A stretch of 64,000 nt of DNA, taken from NCBI GenBank assembly GCA_040954595.2, contig CM082577.2, positions 14,081,903 through 14,145,902 on the forward strand, in the 5' to 3' direction. The translations under genes were made by a program, and so were the position numbers. The notes below the pieces were generated by a model. It had not been told where the DNA came from, ran no database searches, and saw only the letters and a list, made by a program, of their open reading frames with translations. How positions within the stretch are numbered: the stretch's first letter is position 1; every line of letters begins with the position of its first letter. Source of the stretch: Balanoglossus misakiensis (Eukaryota > Animalia > Hemichordata). Below, piece after piece: positions 1 through 11,862 of the stretch.

Positions 1-2625
1 CCATCAGCTGGTGCGTCCGCTGACGTTTCTACGGTCTTTTCAGTGGTTGCTGTTACTTCATCTTCCGCTGCATCAGTTGCTGGTTCTTCATCTTTCTTTC
101 CATCAGCTGGTGCGTCCGCTGACGTTTCTACGGTCTTTTCAGTGGTTGCTGTTACTTCATCTTCCGCTGCATCAGTTGCTGGTTCTTCATCTTTCTTTTC
201 ATCTGCTGGTGCATCTGCTGACGTTTCTTCAGTCTTTTCAGTGGTTGCTGTTACTTCATCTTCCGCTGCATCAGTTGCTGGTTCTTCCCCTTTCTTTTCA
301 TCCGTTGGTGCATCTGCTGACGTTTCTACAGTATTTTCAGTAGTTGCTGTTACTTCATCTTCCGCTGCATCAGTTGCTAGTACTTTATCTTTCTTTTCAT
401 CAGCTACTGCATCTGCTGGCGTTTCTTCAGCCTTATCAGTGGTTGCTGTTACTTCATCTTCCGCTGCAGTTGCTGGTTCTTCATCTTTCTTTTCATCTGC
501 TGGTGCATCTGCTGAAGTGTCTTCAGTCTTTTCAGTGGTTGCTGTTACTTCATCTTCCGCTGCATCAGTTGCTGGTTCTTCATCTTTCTTTTCATCTGCT
601 GGTGCATCTGCTGACGTTTCTACAGTCTTTTCAGTAGTTGCTGTTACTTCATCTTCCGCTGCATCAGTTGCTGGTACTTTATCTTTCTTTTCATCAGCTA
701 CTGCATCTGCTGGCGTTTCTTCAGCCTTATCAGTGGTTGCTGTTACTTCATCTTCCGCTGCAGTTGCTGGTTCTTCATCTTTCTTTTCATCTGCTGGTGC
801 ATCTGCTGAAGTGTCTTTAGTCTTTTCAGTGGTTGCTGTTACTTCATCTTCGGCTGTATCAGTTGCTGGTTCTTCATCTTTCATTTCATCAGCTGGTGCA
901 TCTGCTAACGTTTCTACGGTCTTTTCAGTGGTTGTTGTTACTTCATCTTCCGCTGCATCAGTTGCTGGTTCTTCATCTTTCTTTCCATCAGCTGGTGCAT
1001 CTGCTGACGTTTCTACGGTCTTTTCGGTGGTTGCTGCTACTTCATCTTCCGCTGCATCAGTTGCTGGTTCTTCATCTTTCTTTTCATCTGCTGGTGCATC
1101 TGCTGACGTTTCTACATTCTTTTCAGTGGTTGCTGTTACTTCATCTTCCGCTGCATCAGTTGCTGGTTCTTCATCTTTCTTTTCATCTGCTGGTGCATCT
1201 GCTGACGTTTCTACAGTCTTTTTAGTGGTCGCTGTTACTTCATCTTCCGCTGCATCAGTTGCTGGTTCTTCATATTTCTTTTCATCAGCTGGTGCATCTG
1301 CTGACGTTTCTACAGTCTTTTCAGTGGTCGCTGTTACTTCATCTTCCGCTGCATCAGTTGCTGGTTCTTCATCTTTCTTTTCATCTGCTGGTGCATCTGC
1401 TGGTGTTTCTACAGTCTTTTCAGTGGTTGTTGTTACTTCATCTTCCGCTGCACCAGTTGCTGGTTCTTCATCTTTCTTTTCATCTGCTGGTGCATCTGCT
1501 GACGTTTCTACAGTCTTTTCAGTAGTTGCTGTTACTTCATCTTCCGCTGCATCAGTTGCTGGTACTTTATCTTTCTTTTCATCAGCTACTGCATCTGCTG
1601 GCGTTTCTTCAGCCTTATCAGTGGTTGCTGTTACTTCATCTTCCGCTGCAGTTGCTGGTTCTTCATCTTTCTTTTCATCTGCTGGTGCATCTGCTGAAGT
1701 GTCTTTAGTCTTTTCAGTGGTTGCTGTTACTTCATCTTCCGCTGTATCAGTTGCTGGTTCTTCATCTTTCATTTCATCAGCTGGTGCATCTGCTAACGTT
1801 TCTACGGTCTTTTCAGTGGTTGTTGTTACTTCATCTTCCGCTGCATCAGTTGCGGGTTCTTCATCTTTCTTTCCATCAGCTGGTGCATCTGCTGACGTTT
1901 CTACGGTCTTTTCGGTGGTTGCTGCTACTTCATCTTCCGCTGCATCAGTTGCTGGTTCTTCATCTTTCTTTTCATCTGCTGGTGCATCTGCTGACGTTTC
2001 TACAGTCTTTTCAGTGGTTGCTGTTACTTCATCTTCCGCTGCATCAGTTGCTGGTTCTTCATCTTTCTTTTCATCTGCTGGTGCATCTGCTGACGTTTCT
2101 ACAGTCTTTTTAGTGGTCGCTGTTACTTCATCTTCCGCTGCATCAGTTGCTGGTTCTTCATCTTTCTTTTCATCTGCTGGTGCATCTGCTGACGTTTCTA
2201 CAGTCTTTTCAGTGGTCGCTGTTACTTCATCTTCCGCTGCATCAGTTGCTGGTTCTTCATCTTTCTTTTCATCTGCTGGTGCATCTGCTGGTGTTTCTAC
2301 AGTCTTTTCAGTGGTTGTTGTTACTTCATCTTCCGCTGCACCAGTTGCTGGTTCTTCATCTTTCTTTCCATCAGCTGGTGCATCTGCTGACGTTTCTACA
2401 GTCTTTTCAGTGGTTGTTGTTACTTCATCTTCCGCTGCACCAGTTGCTGGTTCTTCATCTTTCTTTTCATCTGCTGGTGCATCTGCTGACATTTCTACAG
2501 TCTTTTCAGTGCTTGCTGTTACTTCATCTTCCGCTGCAGTTGCTGGTTCTTCATCTTTCTTTTCATCTGCTGGTGCATCTGCTGACATTTCTACAGTCTT
2601 TTCAGTGCTCGCTGTTACTTCACCT
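1..2625. repeat. Coding minisatellite, 99/96-bp unit, with an 888-bp higher-order repeat
   Basis: Unit tcttccgctgcatcagttgctggttcttcatctttcttttcatctgctggtgcatctgctgacgtttctacagtcttttcagtggttgctgttacttca. Diagnostic variants recur at an 888-bp offset (ORF-track peptides at 638/1526, 833/1721, 1259/2147). Confidence 0.95.
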
Positions 2626-2717
2626 TCGGCGGTGTCTTCTTTATCGTGTGATAACTCAGGAGGGGTCCCAACTCCTTGTCTGTCCCCTGTTTCAACATTT
2701 TTCTCTGTATCAGCCAT
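1..2717 (-). CDS. Large acidic Glu/Asp/Thr/Ala-rich tandem-repeat protein exon (33-aa repeat), continues off the left end of the window
   Basis: Minus strand from ATG at 2717 reads MADTEKNVETGDRQGVGTPPELSHDKEDTAEGEVTASTEKTVEMSADAPADEKKDEEPATAAEDEVT..., then ~27 copies of EDEVTATTEKTVETSADAPADEKKDEEPATDAA with no stop seen. Splice acceptor (ttttctcttcgtttag) ends at 2731. An in-frame upstream exon may end at 5270 (ATGGCAATGAG|gtaaaa). Absent from the ORF track because it has no stop in the window. Confidence 0.75.
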   Translation of the reverse strand, partial: MADTEKNVETGDRQGVGTPPELSHDKEDTAEGEVTASTEKTVEMSADAPADEKKDEEPATAAEDEVTASTEKTVEMSADAPADEKKDEEPATGAAEDEVTTTTEKTVETSADAPADGKKDEEPATGAAEDEVTTTTEKTVETPADAPADEKKDEEPATDAAEDEVTATTEKTVETSADAPADEKKDEEPATDAAEDEVTATTKKTVETSADAPADEKKDEEPATDAAEDEVTATTEKTVETSADAPADEKKDEEPATDAAEDEVAATTEKTVETSADAPADGKKDEEPATDAAEDEVTTTTEKTVETLADAPADEMKDEEPATDTAEDEVTATTEKTKDTSADAPADEKKDEEPATAAEDEVTATTDKAEETPADAVADEKKDKVPATDAAEDEVTATTEKTVETSADAPADEKKDEEPATGAAEDEVTTTTEKTVETPADAPADEKKDEEPATDAAEDEVTATTEKTVETSADAPADEKKYEEPATDAAEDEVTATTKKTVETSADAPADEKKDEEPATDAAEDEVTATTEKNVETSADAPADEKKDEEPATDAAEDEVAATTEKTVETSADAPADGKKDEEPATDAAEDEVTTTTEKTVETLADAPADEMKDEEPATDTAEDEVTATTEKTKDTSADAPADEKKDEEPATAAEDEVTATTDKAEETPADAVADEKKDKVPATDAAEDEVTATTEKTVETSADAPADEKKDEEPATDAAEDEVTATTEKTEDTSADAPADEKKDEEPATAAEDEVTATTDKAEETPADAVADEKKDKVLATDAAEDEVTATTENTVETSADAPTDEKKGEEPATDAAEDEVTATTEKTEETSADAPADEKKDEEPATDAAEDEVTATTEKTVETSADAPADGKKDEEPATDAAEDEVTATTEKTVETSADAPAD

Positions 2718-3078
2718 TCGTTTTCGGGATCTAAACGAAGAGAAAAGTCGATCCATTGAAAAACGCAGCGTTGTTTAACTGTTTTAACCAGTAGCGCCCA
2801 ATGTGTGCGTCGGTGTATAACAGGAAAAACTGAGTTCTGTTGTAGCAAACTCAACCCCAGAGTTAGGTATACAGTACCCGTGTCTAGTTGCTAGCTTATG
2901 TTTACTATACTTCTGTGAGCGTGACTTTTGTACATAATAACGCTACCGTCAAAATATCGCCAAATACACTCTAGTAATACATGTCGGCCTATAACTGCCA
3001 AAGCCAATACTTTACCACTGCAAGTCGTGTCTACAGGAGTTGTGTACATACCTTGAATTTCTTTTAAATGAGAAAAGA

Positions 3079-5196
3079 CTGACTTCTGCAGCAAAGTGTT
3101 CGTTCTCTGACTATAACTATGCAGTCTGTGCTGTCACTAGTATTGTAACATGTCCCTGCTTGCTTACCAATATATATAAATTAGCACCTACGCATTTATT
3201 GTGGGATTGTTCGTCTCCACTATAGGTCATACCGTGCCCTTTATATACATTATCTGATTTGACCCGTAATTATTAATTGTCAAAGTATTAGGGGTGGGAG
3301 TTTGGGCTGGATTGACCTCGAATGACCTTTTAAGTCTGACTTACCCGGTCTACTATATGCGTGCCTAAAGATACATCATGGTCTTGGTGGTGCCAAGTGT
3401 TTAAGGTACGAATCCTGCCCGATTTGCCAACAATAATTTCAATCATTTTATCGATGAAAATACTAGACAATTATATCGCCGTCGGTGATTGGACACCAAC
3501 GTCAGCACACATGTCTGTCAGTTTCATAAACCGTCTCATCCAGATGTGACAACGTGACTTCACGCACTTTTCATACAAGATGTTTTATTATTATAATCGA
3601 TCATTTGATGATATAAGCATTACATATAATCGATCATTATAGGAGTGCACTCGGTCCATCCCCTTATTTTGTTTGTAGTTAACACAATTGTGGCTGTCTG
3701 CCAACAAACAAGCTGCGGATTGACGTTTTCCAGTTTTCGTGTTCCGTATTATGATTTTCTCGTGAAATAAAGCCATTCGACTCAAGATGATATATTTTAA
3801 TTTCAACACGAGCTTAGTCTCAATAACTGTTACTCCGCCTTTAAACACTTGACGTTTGAATGATTTCAGATGTAAGTCCGAATTCGGTGTGCGGCCATAG
3901 CTGCGTGGTTGTAATGCAGATGACAGATATTCAGTTCTGGCCGTAGGTGGCGCGCACTCGGCCAAACTGTAAAGGGCATAGGCAGCGGTGTACAACAGCA
4001 TTTGCGCAGCGTGTATTGTCATTTAGCCGTCATCGCTACGCTACAGTACTGGACAACCCCAATCCAAATTAGGTTCAAGTTAACTTTCGTCTGGATTTAA
4101 ACTCGCAAAATAAACCCGTCGCAACATAAAACGACTTCTGCTGACTTCTGCAGCAAAGTGTTCGTTCTCTGACTATAACTATGCAGTCTGTGCTGTCACT
4201 AGTATTGTAACATGTCCCTGCTTGCTTACCAATATATATAAATTAGCACCTACGCATTTATTGTGGGATTGTTCGTCTCCACTATAGGTCATACCGTGCC
4301 CTTTATATACATTATCTGATTTGACCCGTAATTATTAATTGTCAAAGTATTAGGGGTGGGAGTTTGGGCTGGATTGACCTCGAATGACCTTTTAAGTCTG
4401 ACTTACCTGGTCTACTATATGCGTGCCTAAAGATACATCATGGTCTTGGTGGTGCCAAGTGTTTAAGGTACGAATCCTGCCCGATTTGCCAACAATAATT
4501 TCAATCATTTTATCGATGAAAATACTAGACAATTATATCGCCGTCGGTGATTGGACACCAACGTCAGCACACATGACTGTCAGTTTCATAAACCGTCCCA
4601 TCCAGATGTGACAACGTGACTTCACGCACTTTTCATACAAGATGTTTTATTATTATAATCGATCATTCGATGATATAAGCATTACATATAATCGATCATT
4701 ATAGGAGTGCACTCGGTCCATCCCCTTATTTTGTTTGTAGTTAACACAATTGTGGCTGTCTGCCAACAAACAAGCTGCGGATTGACGTTTTCCAGTTTTC
4801 GTGTTCCGTATTATGATTTTCTCGTGAAATAAAGCCATTCGACTCAAGATGATATATTTTAATTTGAACACGAGCTTAGTCTCAATAACTGTTACTCCGC
4901 CTTTAAACACTTGACGTTTGAATGATTTCAGATGTAAGTCCGAATTCGGTGTGCGGCCATAGCTGCGTGGTTGTAATGCAGATGACAGATATTCAGTTCT
5001 GGCCGTAGGTGGCGCGCACTCGGCCAAACTGTAAAGGGCATAGGCAGCGGTGTACAACAGCATTTGCGCAGCGTGTATTGTCATTTAGCCGTCATCGCTA
5101 CGCTACAGTACTGGACAACCCCAATCCAAATTAGGTTCAAGTTAACTTTCGTCTGGATTTAAACTCGCAAAATAAACCCGTCGCAACATAAAACGA
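3079..5196. repeat. Near-identical tandem duplication, period 1062 bp (3079-4134 and 4141-5196)
   Basis: The two copies differ at only a few bases. Near-identical ORF peptides at 3361/4423 and 3591/4653. Junction has 6 extra nt (cttctg). Confidence 0.95.
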
Positions 5197-6429
5197 GTTG
5201 ATAGTATCTCCTATTCTAAAAGATCACCACTGAAGTCAATTGTTCATACTGAAAATATGTTTCTTTTACCTCATTGCCATAAACAATTTCAACAGATGTA
5301 GCGTAAACGTGCATGCCATGATCATGATAAGCGATCTCAAAAATTGGTACTGGGATAGAATGTATTCAAGGTGGGTTTGACAGCTTTAAGGGTGGTGGAA
5401 GGGGGAGGGCTTGAAAATTACTGTTGGGTATAACGGGAGGATCCGAAAATAATTTAACTTTTACATATAACAATACCCGACACAAAGTTAACAATGGAAT
5501 AGGAAAAGGCATGCAGTTAAAACTTCGCGAAAGAAAGAGAGTTAAAATGCTTTAAGTGTGTATGCTTTAGTGTTAGACTCTCGAACAGCCCATGGTTCGC
5601 TACAAGGCTCTTCACTGACGCGCCCCCAACCGCTTAGCAAGGGAGAAGCCAAATGTGGTGTTGTGTAGCTCTCGTCGGGCACACATGCAATCAGACTATA
5701 AGTCGGCATGGACGGCGGGAGGGGCTGTGGGATTTGTGGGCAGATACTGATAGCCCAAAAAAAACAGACACCCTTTTGAAAACCAGAATAAAATGAACAG
5801 AAAAGCTTGGCAGATTCTAAGAAGTTGTGACGGTTATGTTGGACTTGTTTGATTTTTCTCATTGTGGTCGGTGATTTCATTCGGCTGTTGGTTTCGGATC
5901 GGGAATCTGTGCCCCCTGGTGAGTTGCAGGACACTGTCATCGACGTTTTTATTTGAGCATCTTACGAATGTCTCAATAAAACATGTTTGATGGAGTGTCG
6001 GTGACTAAAATCAATGTTGTTAACTTACAATATATCGATATACTATTACGTCAATCAGGGTCATCTCCTTTCAAATGGTAAAATTTGAATGATCCACCGA
6101 ATGATATATGACGACCACGCGGTAGTAATGTTCCTTCCTGTGCAGTACACGTACTCAAGTTTGGGGGGGGGGGGGGGGGGCTTCTGGTCACCATGTTTAC
6201 GGGCAACATCTAGGCAGGTCTAGACTTTGTTGCAGTCTGGATATGTTATTTATAACACCAGTAGCTGCGTGTCTCTCATCCGGGTCTGCCTTCCAGCAAT
6301 GTCTAATTACATTGTACACCATACATGTCGTCTGTGCAATGGTCAGGCTTTGGCATCCGATATCCTTCACGCAACTGTCTACTTAAGAAGGTTAAATTGG
6401 GAGTATGGGTTTCACCTGTGGATTAGAAA

Positions 6430-7220
6430 GTATTGTATGTTGTCAATAATTGTTATATTACAAAGCCAAAGAAAGTGACTATGTGTAAATACAGCGATGG
6501 ACTCAAAGATGTCACACGTAATGGCCACAGTAAAAGTTTTGGTTTTCGATGGATTCTCTGTCAGTTTAAGTCTAATGACCGCCATTCTCGCTCCTCGTCT
6601 GACAACGTAGTAACTGTTGCCGCAAAGAGGCTCGTAGCTTACGGCGATGTTAAAGTAGTGATTTTCACGAAAACAAGTCGGTGAAAATCCTGTTTTCTTC
6701 TTCGATTTCACGCGGACTCATCAAACGTTATAATGTACACGTACATATAGAAATGAAAGGTTTGGAGACAAAACAGCCGGGACAAACATGTATGATCCAC
6801 TGCCCTCTACGACGGAAAAGGGAAACCTGTCACACCATGCAAAGCAATCAGAGCAAAGATCTGCAAAGAAGATGGGTCACAAGAAGACATTGGAGTTGTT
6901 GATGACAGAGATGGTACAGACAGTCTGAGAATTCGCGTAGATGTTGGTGGTAGACATGAAGTCAGCATAACACTTGGTGATCAGCCGATACCAGGATCCC
7001 AATCTGTCATTCTGTCAAGGGTTTGGTGAAGATACATGTAATAGGCAAAGGTCAGCGTAGAAGGTCATTAGGGATAACCACTAAAAAACACGGAGACTTT
7101 GTTGCAGCTGACCTCGGTAACAATTGGGTGCACATAGCCCATAGAGATGGCAAACACAACATCAGCTTACGGTTCACACTGTTTGTGCATCCATTCGAAG
7201 CAATTGGCACGGAAGTCTGA
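6430..7220 (+). pseudogene. TRIM2/3-like (filamin-type Ig + NHL repeat) pseudogene fragment
   Basis: ~6800-7020 reads DGKGKPVTPCKAIRAKICKEDGSQEDIGVVDDRDGTDSLRIRVDVGGRHEVSITLGDQPIPGS (filamin motif). A frameshift follows, then GLVKIHVIGKGQ..LGITTKKHGDFVAADLGNNWVHI (NHL blade). Stops and frameshifts upstream; 5' boundary uncertain. Confidence 0.7.
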
Positions 7221-7709
7221 TGATAAATATGTACATTGGAAAAAAAAGGGGGGGGGGGCATTTTTTTCGTAGAAGCAATAAATTAGCACTATTTATTCCT
7301 CTTGATTAAATTTTAATAAGCTTTTTCCTTAGTAACTGTTGAACGCGATTGGAAATGTGTATTTACTAACTATAACTTCCGCTTGACAAAGTTTCAATTC
7401 GCTTGATCCAACATTACCCATGGTTTCGGAGCAGAGCACGAAAAAATCGATGACTCGACAAACGGTAGGGGACTGCCTATCCTATCCCACACATACGAAC
7501 CCCTACTTTATACTTCTATAGGGTTTGTCAATATTCTTCAAAAACATCCGGACCGCAAACTGTTTTCGTCCATTGACTTAGTATGTTATTGGAAAGTATG
7601 GAATTCGTCTGTTCAAATTTCATTCGTTGGTAGCCTTTAAAAACAGGCCCATTCCACCTGAATGTATGTAGTCGCGAACATATCCTGGGTTTGGAGACTA
7701 ATCGACAAG

Positions 7710-10212
7710 ATGGTTTCATTTGGTCCTACACTGTTCGTTCTTTTCTCAGCATTAACTTATGCGACATGTGAGTATACACTACATTAAACATTCAACTTAC
7801 AATAAGCAATTTTCACACACTACATACATTCATCGTTTTCATTCAGCAATGTTTTTATACAAAAAAACTATTATGAGAATTATTAATGGTATTAGCAAAA
7901 CTTATGCGTTTACTAAAGGTATGTTTCCGGTGTGTAACTGTAAATGCTTTTGTATAAAGTTGACTTTATTTTCAAATATTATGGCATCGATCCATCAGAC
8001 GGTCACAAGACATGGCGAGATGACCGAAGGTGTGGAGAAAACTACCCCCTTCCCGATGGCAGTCCGGCAGAGTGTGATCCGGATGGTGAATATCCGTGCT
8101 GTTCACCTAAAGATTGGTGTGGTAATACAAATAATCATTGCACTTGCTCCGAGTGCATCGACTACAGAAGTGAGTAGACTTTAATCCTTATGAATACGTC
8201 ATTTAAAGTAGACATAATACATTTTTTGATACATTAGTTTGGTTAGTACGCCTAATCGCAAGAGGAATATGTTTTGACAAGTTTGACATGAACAAGTCGT
8301 CGTTTTGTCGAAATACCCCTATGATATCATGATACGCATGTATAATATCCCCTCTTATGCGCGCGCGCGCACGCACGCACGCACACACACAGACACACAC
8401 ATAAACGGAATAAATGTCTTTTTCTGATAAACTTGCTTTCCTGTCACACAACAAGACCCTCGGTTGCAATGCATCACCAGACAGTCCGTGTTATCTGGGG
8501 ACTATGACGATAGCCTGGTTAGAATGTCCTGTCGTGGAACCGAGCAGATGACAGGGTGTAGCAGCCATCTGCCCGGACACACACACGGAACCCGAGATGG
8601 AGAATTCATAGAGGTTGCGAGCGATGGGCGTGTTTCCTGTGTTGCACGTGCTGGAGCCCACGGATCTGGTATGTTCAGTTTTTATAATTAACTGCTAAGT
8701 ATTTGAGCACGTTTTGGGTAATATTTTCAAAGTCAAATCGCCTTGTAATTATACATGTACATGTATATGTTTTCTCTTGGCCCATAGTTCATATATACTG
8801 TCACATCTGTCAATATGGTGATATCAAAACATTTATTTTGAGATATTTTATATCAGGTACATGGCGTGCTACAATTCAAAACAGTTTAACGTCTCATTTT
8901 CAGAGGCGCGTGTACGTGCATATGCAAGATGTTGTACAAGGGAAGGTCTAACGTGTGGGTATGCAACAGGTACGAGATCCGGGAGAGGAGACGACGACAC
9001 AGACAGAGTATCGTTTGTGCGCCCAGGAACCAACACACAATTGACAGGTAATTCTGGCTGATAATATGCTTCATTTTCGCACAGAACATTAAAAAACACC
9101 CTTGAAATATGCTATTCAGAACAAGAAGCCCTACTGTATAATATTAACATGTTTATAAATTTCATGTTATTGTTGCGAGTATGTCCAGCATTATTGGATA
9201 CTTGGACCGAACTGTTATGCTGATGGCACAAGCATAAACTTCCTTTGACTGATCACCCCATTAAGCCATACCTTCCGTTGTTATTATAGGGTGTTCTGCA
9301 TCTACTTTTTGGCAAAATATTGACGGAGCCAAACCAAATTCAGACATATCAACAAGCTTGACGGACATCAAAGACGGACAATGCATAGCACAAAACGGGG
9401 CAGGTGGCAAAGGTTAGCGTTCAATTAGTATTTATAGTCGTTGTTATTATGTTGATTGCTGGCGACGAGAATAAAAATCCTCCAACATGTATAAACCACC
9501 CACAATTTGTTCAATTCGAATGATTTCATATTTGTGTTGAAATCTTTCTACTCATATTCAACAGGAGTGTGGGCACATGCTGTTTACTGTAGTGCTCCTG
9601 GGTTACACTGCAAAGCAAAATGGAGTACGAGAGGTCATAGTGGACGTGGTAGCATCGCACGTGTGTCATGTGACCATGGTTGGACTCTCACAGGATGCAA
9701 TTCGTACACTTTTTACAAAGTGAACGACGGTGCCTATATTTCAGGTAAAATACTGATTATGCTATAGGGAACCAGTCCCAATATAATTGTCATTTTTCTT
9801 CACTTTTTCATTTTTCTCACTTTTTTCTTTTCCTTTTGGTAAGCAAATGTCAACTTGAAATACGGGAGCGTTTTCCAAGGAAGATCGAAAATTTTACGTT
9901 TAATAGAATCACAAAGCCCATATGGTAAACAAGAAAATGTCATATTTGTGAATTCCAATTATTTCAGACTTTCCAAATATTCATAGATTTCGTGTTCAGT
10001 ACATTACATCATGATTTGTCATTGAATCATAAGATAACACAAACCGCAGTTACATATTTCGATTAGGTTGTGTTGTTCCAATTTCTATCTTTCCCAGGGT
10101 GTGATGCTTATTATTGTTATTTAATTATTTTCCAGCTGCTGATGAATGTATAGCGGTCAATGGAGGAAACGGCAATTACATTTATGCTGTTGCCATATGC
10201 TGCCACGACTGA
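7710..10212 (+). CDS. Secreted protein, 321 aa, 7 exons: signal peptide + hevein/chitin-binding-type-1-like module + three PCSK9 C-terminal (resistin-like) modules
   Basis: Exons 7710-7767 (MVSFGPTLFVLFSALTYAT), 7999-8169 (KTWRDDRRCGENYPLPDGSPAECDPDGEYPCCSPKDWCGNTNNHCTCSECIDYR), 8456-8668, 8904-9047, 9290-9412, 9565-9744, 10136-10212. All introns GT-AG, all phase 1; total 966 nt, open to TGA. AATAAA at 10312. Modules end ..VRAYARCC, ..VWAHAVYC, ..IYAVAICC, like PCSK9 VYAIARCC. Confidence 0.85.
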
Positions 10213-11497
10213 GAATGGATATTACTGAAAAGATTCCCTCCAATACTATTAATATTATTGGAGTAAAAATCAACCTCAAATACTAGTAGCTAGTTTCCAT
10301 GACTAGTAATGAATAAAAAGCAAATGAAACTGAATTCTGACTGTGTGTCGCTCGAATGTTATTTGTACATGATTGCCTTCACTAACCACCATCAAAATGA
10401 TGTTACACACATACATATGCGAGCCGACTTAATCTGCTTTGCTAATTCCCCAAAACAGGCGTACAACTAGAAGGTTTTTTGTATTAAGAATAAAATTTTC
10501 GCTTCCGGTAAATCGACCTACATGTATCTCCCCGAAGGCCAAAGGTATCAACCTGAAAGCTATGAAAAGATTATGTATAACCATAATTAATGCCTCGATT
10601 TTTTTCTTCAGTGTGATTTTTGGTACAGATCACAGGATTAACCCCGCTGTCTATTTTTTACTTTTCCCTGCATTTTTATCACTTGACTGTGTGAATTTTA
10701 TTTGCAACATTTAAGTCAACTGGTTTTATGTTCTCCTGATGTCGTGTTTATTTTTAGCTTGTAAAAGCCAATAAACCTGGCATCTGATCAACTATAAATT
10801 ATGTGTAAGACAACATGCTCGTTAATGGGATACGAAGTCGTTATTTCGCTTGACAAAATTTTATTTTCCCTGTTCCAATATCGCCTGTTTCACACGACCA
10901 TAAAACAGTACAGTAGATAAACATTTACTGTAATTGAACTCGCGCGATCGTGAGTAATTCCGGAATGGGAAAGTAATTTGACTTTTATACTCGCTTGTAG
11001 AAGTTTACTTATGGGGTATTTCGTTTGACTATGACTACCCCCTCCTTACATATGTAACTGGGTTAGCCCTTGAACATTACACAAAGTTCTGGTGTTTCAT
11101 TGTTACTTGTAATGTTTGTGACAGCGGACATTGGACTTTGAACTAACGGACGAACGAATGCAACAGATAACTCATTATACAATACATGTATTTCAATCTG
11201 TACACTTGAAAATCAAAGAAGGACTGCAGTCCACGAGTTTGTCGGGATGGAAGGTGGTCGCAGCAGGGGGTATCGGGAGCTGGAGACGATATTCGACAAA
11301 AACGTACAAAAATGTTTTGATCTATGAAAAGGGGCGTCCTCCAACAGTTCGCCCCGCAGACGACAGATGGTATTACCCTGGCAAGGACGGGTGTCCACAA
11401 ACCAAGGACAGTATGTACGATGACCCCTTTTCGCAAGCGTACTCAATGCACATGCGCATACTCGAGACTGCGCATTCTAAAGGATGTTTGTACCATG

Positions 11498-11862
11498 CAA
11501 CAGGTGCGAATAGTCTGGTTATGAAAACGCGTTTTCATATATGTAAACTTTATGACCGTTTGGTGAGCAAGCAGGTTAAATTAATTAGGTCACCATTTAT
11601 TTGTCACACCCGCCGTTTGTGGTGACCTAAAAAAATCACAACAGACATTACCGTCCGTGTAAGTCAGAACCGAGTCTCAAGCTATTTGCTAGAAAGAACG
11701 TTTCAACAGGTGCAAATAGTCTGGCGACGTACGCGCGTTTTCAACATATATTTAAATTTCGTGACCTTTCAGTGTACAAGCGTGTTAAATTAACTAGGTT
11801 ACCTGTCCATTATTTGTAACATCCGCCGTTGGTGGGGACATTGAAAACAAATCACAACAGAC
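11498..11862. repeat. Diverged ~150-bp direct duplication (11498-11647 / 11704-11862)
   Basis: Both copies run caacaggtgc(g/a)aatagtctgg...gttaaattaa(t/c)tagg...ccgccgtt...aaatcacaacagac. Confidence 0.7.

Noticed and set aside
43-2778. 911-aa Ser/Ala/Val ORF and LLLH-type ORFs on the plus strand
   Set aside because: Antisense and alternate-frame shadows of the minus-strand acidic repeat exon, which has the ATG and splice acceptor.
3361-5084. Duplicated 62-aa and 143-aa ORFs
   Set aside because: Near-identical only because the duplication is recent; no recognisable domain or splice support.
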